Shown: one piece after another, positions 60,175 through 64,000 of the stretch
Layout: each line of letters opens with the position of its first letter
How positions within the stretch are numbered: the first letter of the stretch is position 1
Assembly (NCBI GenBank): GCA_002083515.1
Contig: LWDN01000051.1
Coordinates: forward strand, 27,561 to 91,560
Direction of reading: 5' to 3'
Source: Proteobacteria bacterium HN_bin10
Lineage (GTDB): Bacteria; Pseudomonadota; Alphaproteobacteria; Caulobacterales; Aquidulcibacteraceae
Length of the DNA: 64,000 nt
Made by a program: the position numbers and the translations under genes
The notes under the pieces: model-generated
What the model was told of the DNA's origin: nothing
Database searches by the model: none
Seen by the model: the letters and a program-made list of their open reading frames with translations, nothing else

Positions 60175-62976
60175 ATGTCCGAAGCGCTCGACGACGACAT
60201 CCGCGCCGACGTGGAAGCCCCGGAGGCGTGGACCCCTGTCATGGTTCAAGCGGCGCTGGAGGCGGGTCTAGCCGTGGAGAACCCTCGCGGCGCCTCGGTC
60301 AGCGCAGCGTTGGCGCGGGTCGCCGAACGCATTGGCGCCTGGGCCGACGATCCAGCCTTGGGGCAAGCGATACTGGCGCTGCTTCAAAGCGGACGGGTCA
60401 TGCTCGATCCGCCGTTGCTACGTGCGGCGCTCTCGCCGGGCGCAGAATTGGCGGTTTCTGCTGCGCTGCTTCGTTGGCCGACCCAGCGCAACGACGAAAT
60501 AGAGGCCATTGCCCGCGTGCAGACCCTGCTGGCCGCCGGCGCCAAGATTGGCATTGCCGGCGCGCCCTCGCCTGCCGCGCTCGATGCACTCGACGCAGCC
60601 GCGCGCCTCGCCGATCCGATCGGACGCGACGGGCCGTCGATCATGATCCGCCCGGACGTCGCGGACGCGCCTGACTTGATCGCCGCCTCCGCTGCACGTT
60701 CGCGCGCGAGCGCTGCGCTTGCAGCAGGCGCGCGGGCGCTCGATGCGGCGCTCGCCGACCTGGCCATCGAAGCCGTGCGCAACGGCCTCAATCCCGAGCA
60801 CGGCGGCGTGCAGCGCAAGGCCGCCGCCGCGCGTTTGGCCGGCGCGCCCGACGCCGACATCGTCGCCGCTCTCGCAGGCGCCGCGGCGCGTGGGGCCTAT
60901 GCGGCGGCGATCGACTCTGGCGCAGACCGCGCGCATCGGCGTATCGCTATCGCTGCCCCCGAACCGGGCGCGCACACACTGACCGCTGTTGGCGTCGGCG
61001 CCATAGATCCTACCGGCGCAGCGCAGTCCGACGCTGAATGCAGCGTCATCGGCGCCAGCATTTCGCTGCCGCGTTTCATGGACGAACGAAACTTCGACTG
61101 CGCGGCATTCGAGCAAGCGGTCCGCACATTGGTGCGAGTTCTCGACACGGCGCACGGCGCCGGAGCTTCGCCGCGCCGACCGATCTTCATACGGCTTGAG
61201 GGGCTCGCCGCCCTCATCATGCGCGCCGGGCTCGGCTACGATACCGATGCGGGCCGCAATCTCGCGGCCAGCGTTTCCGCTCTGGCGCACGCCTGTGCGA
61301 TCTCCGAGAGCGCGGCACTCGCCGGCGCCGCGGGCGCCCACAGCGAATGGGCGCGCGACAAGCGTGCGGAAGAAGCGCGCGTCAAGGCCGCTCGCGATGC
61401 AGCGAGCGCACTCGCCGGCGCCATCGCCACGCGTGCGCAGGCAATTTACGCCGCGCTGCCCGGATCGAAGAACGCCGGCTTGCGCTGCGCGATCTCTATC
61501 GCCTTCGCCAACGACACCGCCGCGGCGCGCGCCATCGGCGCGTCCGCGCCGGGCCTCGCGCCAATCGAGAGCGTAGCGAGTTATGGACGCCGCGATGACG
61601 GCGCATTCGGACGCTTGTTGAGCGGCGATGTTCGCGCCGCGCTGGAGGTGCTGGGCTACGGCGCCGACAGAATCGCCGCCATCGCGCAGCACATTGAAGG
61701 TCATCGTACGTTGCGTGGCGCGCCCGGCGTCAACCTCGAACGTCTGGCGCAACTGGGACTCACTGAGCCCGCCCTCGACGCCATCGAAGAGGCCGCCGCC
61801 GACGCCTTCAACCTCCGCGCGGTCGTGCACCCGCTCGTGATCGGCCCGGAGCTTTGCGAAGAAGTCCTAAAGCTGCCGCCGGATGTCGCCGCCGGAAAGC
61901 GCGGCGATCTCTTGATGACGCTCGGCTTCAGCGAAGACGAGATCGCCGCCGCCGAGGCCTATTGCTTGGGCGCGGCCGAACTCACGAGCTCGGCCGATCT
62001 GAAACGCGAGCACGCCGCGATCTTCGCTACTGACATCGGCCCGGAAGCGCAGATCGCCATGGCCGCTTCGGTTGCATCCTTCGCAAGAACAGCGCTGAGC
62101 CTGACGCTGGACGCGACCAACATTCAGCAACGCACCGCGTTGCTCGAAGCTGCGCAAGCCGCGGGTGTTGGACTTATCGCCATGAACGTCGTGGCGCCGC
62201 CGATCACGCTGACGTTGGCCGATCCCGACGATATCGAAGCCGCGGACCGCCGGCTTCCAGCCGGCAATCCAGTCAACGCAACCGAGCCGGAAAACCGGCA
62301 GGATGGGGGGCCGACACCCCATCAACGCCGCCGCCTGCCCGAACGGCGCAAGGGCTACATCCAGAAATCCATCGTCGGCGGGCATAAAGTCTATCTGCAC
62401 ACCGGCGAATACGACGACGGCGAACTCGGCGAGATTTTCATCGACCTGCACAAGGAAGGCGCCGCCTTCCGTTCCCTGATGAACAATTTCGCCATCTCGA
62501 TTTCGATCGGCCTGCAATATGGCGTGCCGCTCGAAGAATATGTCGACGCCTTCCTGTTCACGCGCTTCGAGCCCGCGGGCGAAGTGCGCGGCAACGACAC
62601 CATCCGCCACGCCACCTCGATCTTGGACTACATTTTCCGCGAGCTGGCGGTCAGCTATCTGGGCCGCGCCGATCTGGCCCAAGTCGATCCGTTCGACGCG
62701 CGCGGCGATGGATTGTCGAAGAAAGCCCAGGACGCCGAGAGCGCGGCGCGCCTCATCTCACGCGGCTTTGCGCGCGGGGCGAGCCCGGACAATCTCGTCA
62801 TGCTGCGCCCGCGCGCCGTCGTCGAGAACATCCGCGACCGCAAGGAAACGCCGTCAGCAAAACCGACGGCAACCGGCTATCGCAGCGACCCGTGCGCCGC
62901 GTGCGGCCACTTCACCGTGGAGCAAACCGGCAAGTGTGCAGCCTGCGGCGCGACGGGCGAAGCGAGCGGCGGTTAG
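60175..62976 (+). CDS. Degenerate class II ribonucleotide reductase (NrdJ)-like protein with TSCPD domain
   Basis: Highly conserved C-terminal [62 protein letters not shown]; diverged, Ala-rich barrel with no NPCxE; start 60160 or 60175. Confidence 0.88.
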   Translation: MSEALDDDIRADVEAPEAWTPVMVQAALEAGLAVENPRGASVSAALARVAERIGAWADDPALGQAILALLQSGRVMLDPPLLRAALSPGAELAVSAALLRWPTQRNDEIEAIARVQTLLAAGAKIGIAGAPSPAALDALDAAARLADPIGRDGPSIMIRPDVADAPDLIAASAARSRASAALAAGARALDAALADLAIEAVRNGLNPEHGGVQRKAAAARLAGAPDADIVAALAGAAARGAYAAAIDSGADRAHRRIAIAAPEPGAHTLTAVGVGAIDPTGAAQSDAECSVIGASISLPRFMDERNFDCAAFEQAVRTLVRVLDTAHGAGASPRRPIFIRLEGLAALIMRAGLGYDTDAGRNLAASVSALAHACAISESAALAGAAGAHSEWARDKRAEEARVKAARDAASALAGAIATRAQAIYAALPGSKNAGLRCAISIAFANDTAAARAIGASAPGLAPIESVASYGRRDDGAFGRLLSGDVRAALEVLGYGADRIAAIAQHIEGHRTLRGAPGVNLERLAQLGLTEPALDAIEEAAADAFNLRAVVHPLVIGPELCEEVLKLPPDVAAGKRGDLLMTLGFSEDEIAAAEAYCLGAAELTSSADLKREHAAIFATDIGPEAQIAMAASVASFARTALSLTLDATNIQQRTALLEAAQAAGVGLIAMNVVAPPITLTLADPDDIEAADRRLPAGNPVNATEPENRQDGGPTPHQRRRLPERRKGYIQKSIVGGHKVYLHTGEYDDGELGEIFIDLHKEGAAFRSLMNNFAISISIGLQYGVPLEEYVDAFLFTRFEPAGEVRGNDTIRHATSILDYIFRELAVSYLGRADLAQVDPFDARGDGLSKKAQDAESAARLISRGFARGASPDNLVMLRPRAVVENIRDRKETPSAKPTATGYRSDPCAACGHFTVEQTGKCAACGATGEASGG

Positions 62977-63016
62977 GAATCTCGCCGTCGCCCTCGCGGC
63001 GCCGGCCAACGGCGGC

Positions 63017-64000
63017 CTAGCCCTTGGCCTGTTCCACCACCCGAATGTGCAGCTCTTTCAGCTGCTTCGGCGTGACTTCGCCCGGCGCGTTCATCATCAG
63101 GTCCTGCGCCTGCTGATTGAACGGGAAGACGATGACTTCGCGGATATTGTCGACGCCGGCCAGAAGCATGACGATGCGGTCGACGCCCGGGGCCGAGCCG
63201 CCGTGCGGCGGCGCGCCGTAACGGAAGGCGTTCAGCATGCCGCCGAATTTTTCTTCCACCACCTCGCGCCCGTAACCAGCGATCTCGAACGCCTTGATCA
63301 TGATCTCTGGCTTGTGATTGCGGATGGCGCCGGAGGAGAGCTCAACGCCGTTGCACACGATGTCGTACTGGAACGCGGTGATCTTCTCGATCGTCGCGCG
63401 ATCGCTGGGATCGAGCGCCAGGAATTTGGCGTGATCGTAGTTCGGCATCGAGAACGGGTTGTGCGAGAAGTCGATTTTCTTCTCTTCCTCGCTCCATTCG
63501 TACATCGGGAAATCGACGATCCAGCAGAACGCGAATTGCTCCTTGTCGGCGAGGTTCAGTTCGTCGGCGACCTTGTTTCGCGCCAGCCCCGCGAATTTGT
63601 AGAACACGCTGGGATCGCCGGCCACGAAGAAGGCCGCGTCGCCGACCTTCAGGTCAAGCTGATCGCGGATGGCGTTGGCGCGGTCGGCGCCGATATTCTT
63701 GGCGATGGGACCGGCGCCGCCTTCTTCGCCTTCGCGCCAGAAGATGTAACCCAAGCCCGGCTGGCCTTCGCCTTGCGCCCATGAATTCATTTTGTCACAG
63801 AACGCGCGCGAGCCGCCGGAGGGCGCCGGAACCGCCCACACGGCCGTGCTCGGCTTCTCCAGAATTTTCGCGAACACGCCGAAGCCGCCGCCGCGGAAGT
63901 GGTCGCTCACATCCGCCAAGATAAGCGGATTGCGCAAATCCGGTTTGTCGGAGCCGTATTTCGCGATGGCCTCCGCATAGGGGATGCGCGGGAAAGCGCC
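63017..64000 (-). CDS. aspS: Aspartate--tRNA ligase (partial; 5' end outside the window)
   Basis: [57 protein letters not shown]. Confidence 0.97.
   Translation of the reverse strand, partial: GAFPRIPYAEAIAKYGSDKPDLRNPLILADVSDHFRGGGFGVFAKILEKPSTAVWAVPAPSGGSRAFCDKMNSWAQGEGQPGLGYIFWREGEEGGAGPIAKNIGADRANAIRDQLDLKVGDAAFFVAGDPSVFYKFAGLARNKVADELNLADKEQFAFCWIVDFPMYEWSEEEKKIDFSHNPFSMPNYDHAKFLALDPSDRATIEKITAFQYDIVCNGVELSSGAIRNHKPEIMIKAFEIAGYGREVVEEKFGGMLNAFRYGAPPHGGSAPGVDRIVMLLAGVDNIREVIVFPFNQQAQDLMMNAPGEVTPKQLKELHIRVVEQAKG

Overview
GC-rich core-chromosome segment of an alphaproteobacterium. Gene content and order (bactofilin-M23 pair, regBA-phaZ, surE-pcm-nlpD-yajC-secDF) suggest Caulobacterales/Hyphomonadaceae; this is an inference. 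About 57 CDS are present, mostly housekeeping, cell-envelope and redox genes: acnA, a Gld-like ABC system, two class A PBPs, phaZ, regBA, bactofilin/M23, tyrS, aat, thiS/thiG, aroQ-accBC, frameshifted prfB, amiC, rne, secDF-yajC, surE-pcm and partial aspS. No rRNA, tRNA, CRISPR array, prophage or transposase was seen. Most notable: (1) an intact class II ribonucleotide reductase (NrdJ) homologue that has lost its catalytic motifs but keeps a near-pristine TSCPD domain, a 4-Cys zinc ribbon and two upstream NrdR-like boxes, so it is a candidate pseudo-enzyme; (2) a DUF433/PIN toxin-antitoxin pair, a REP-like element and a duplicated thiG start wedged between thiS and thiG; (3) a structured C-rich-loop sRNA on the minus strand near 8.6 kb; (4) an inverted heptamer-repeat hairpin over a start codon. 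All family assignments come from motif recognition by eye, with no database search.
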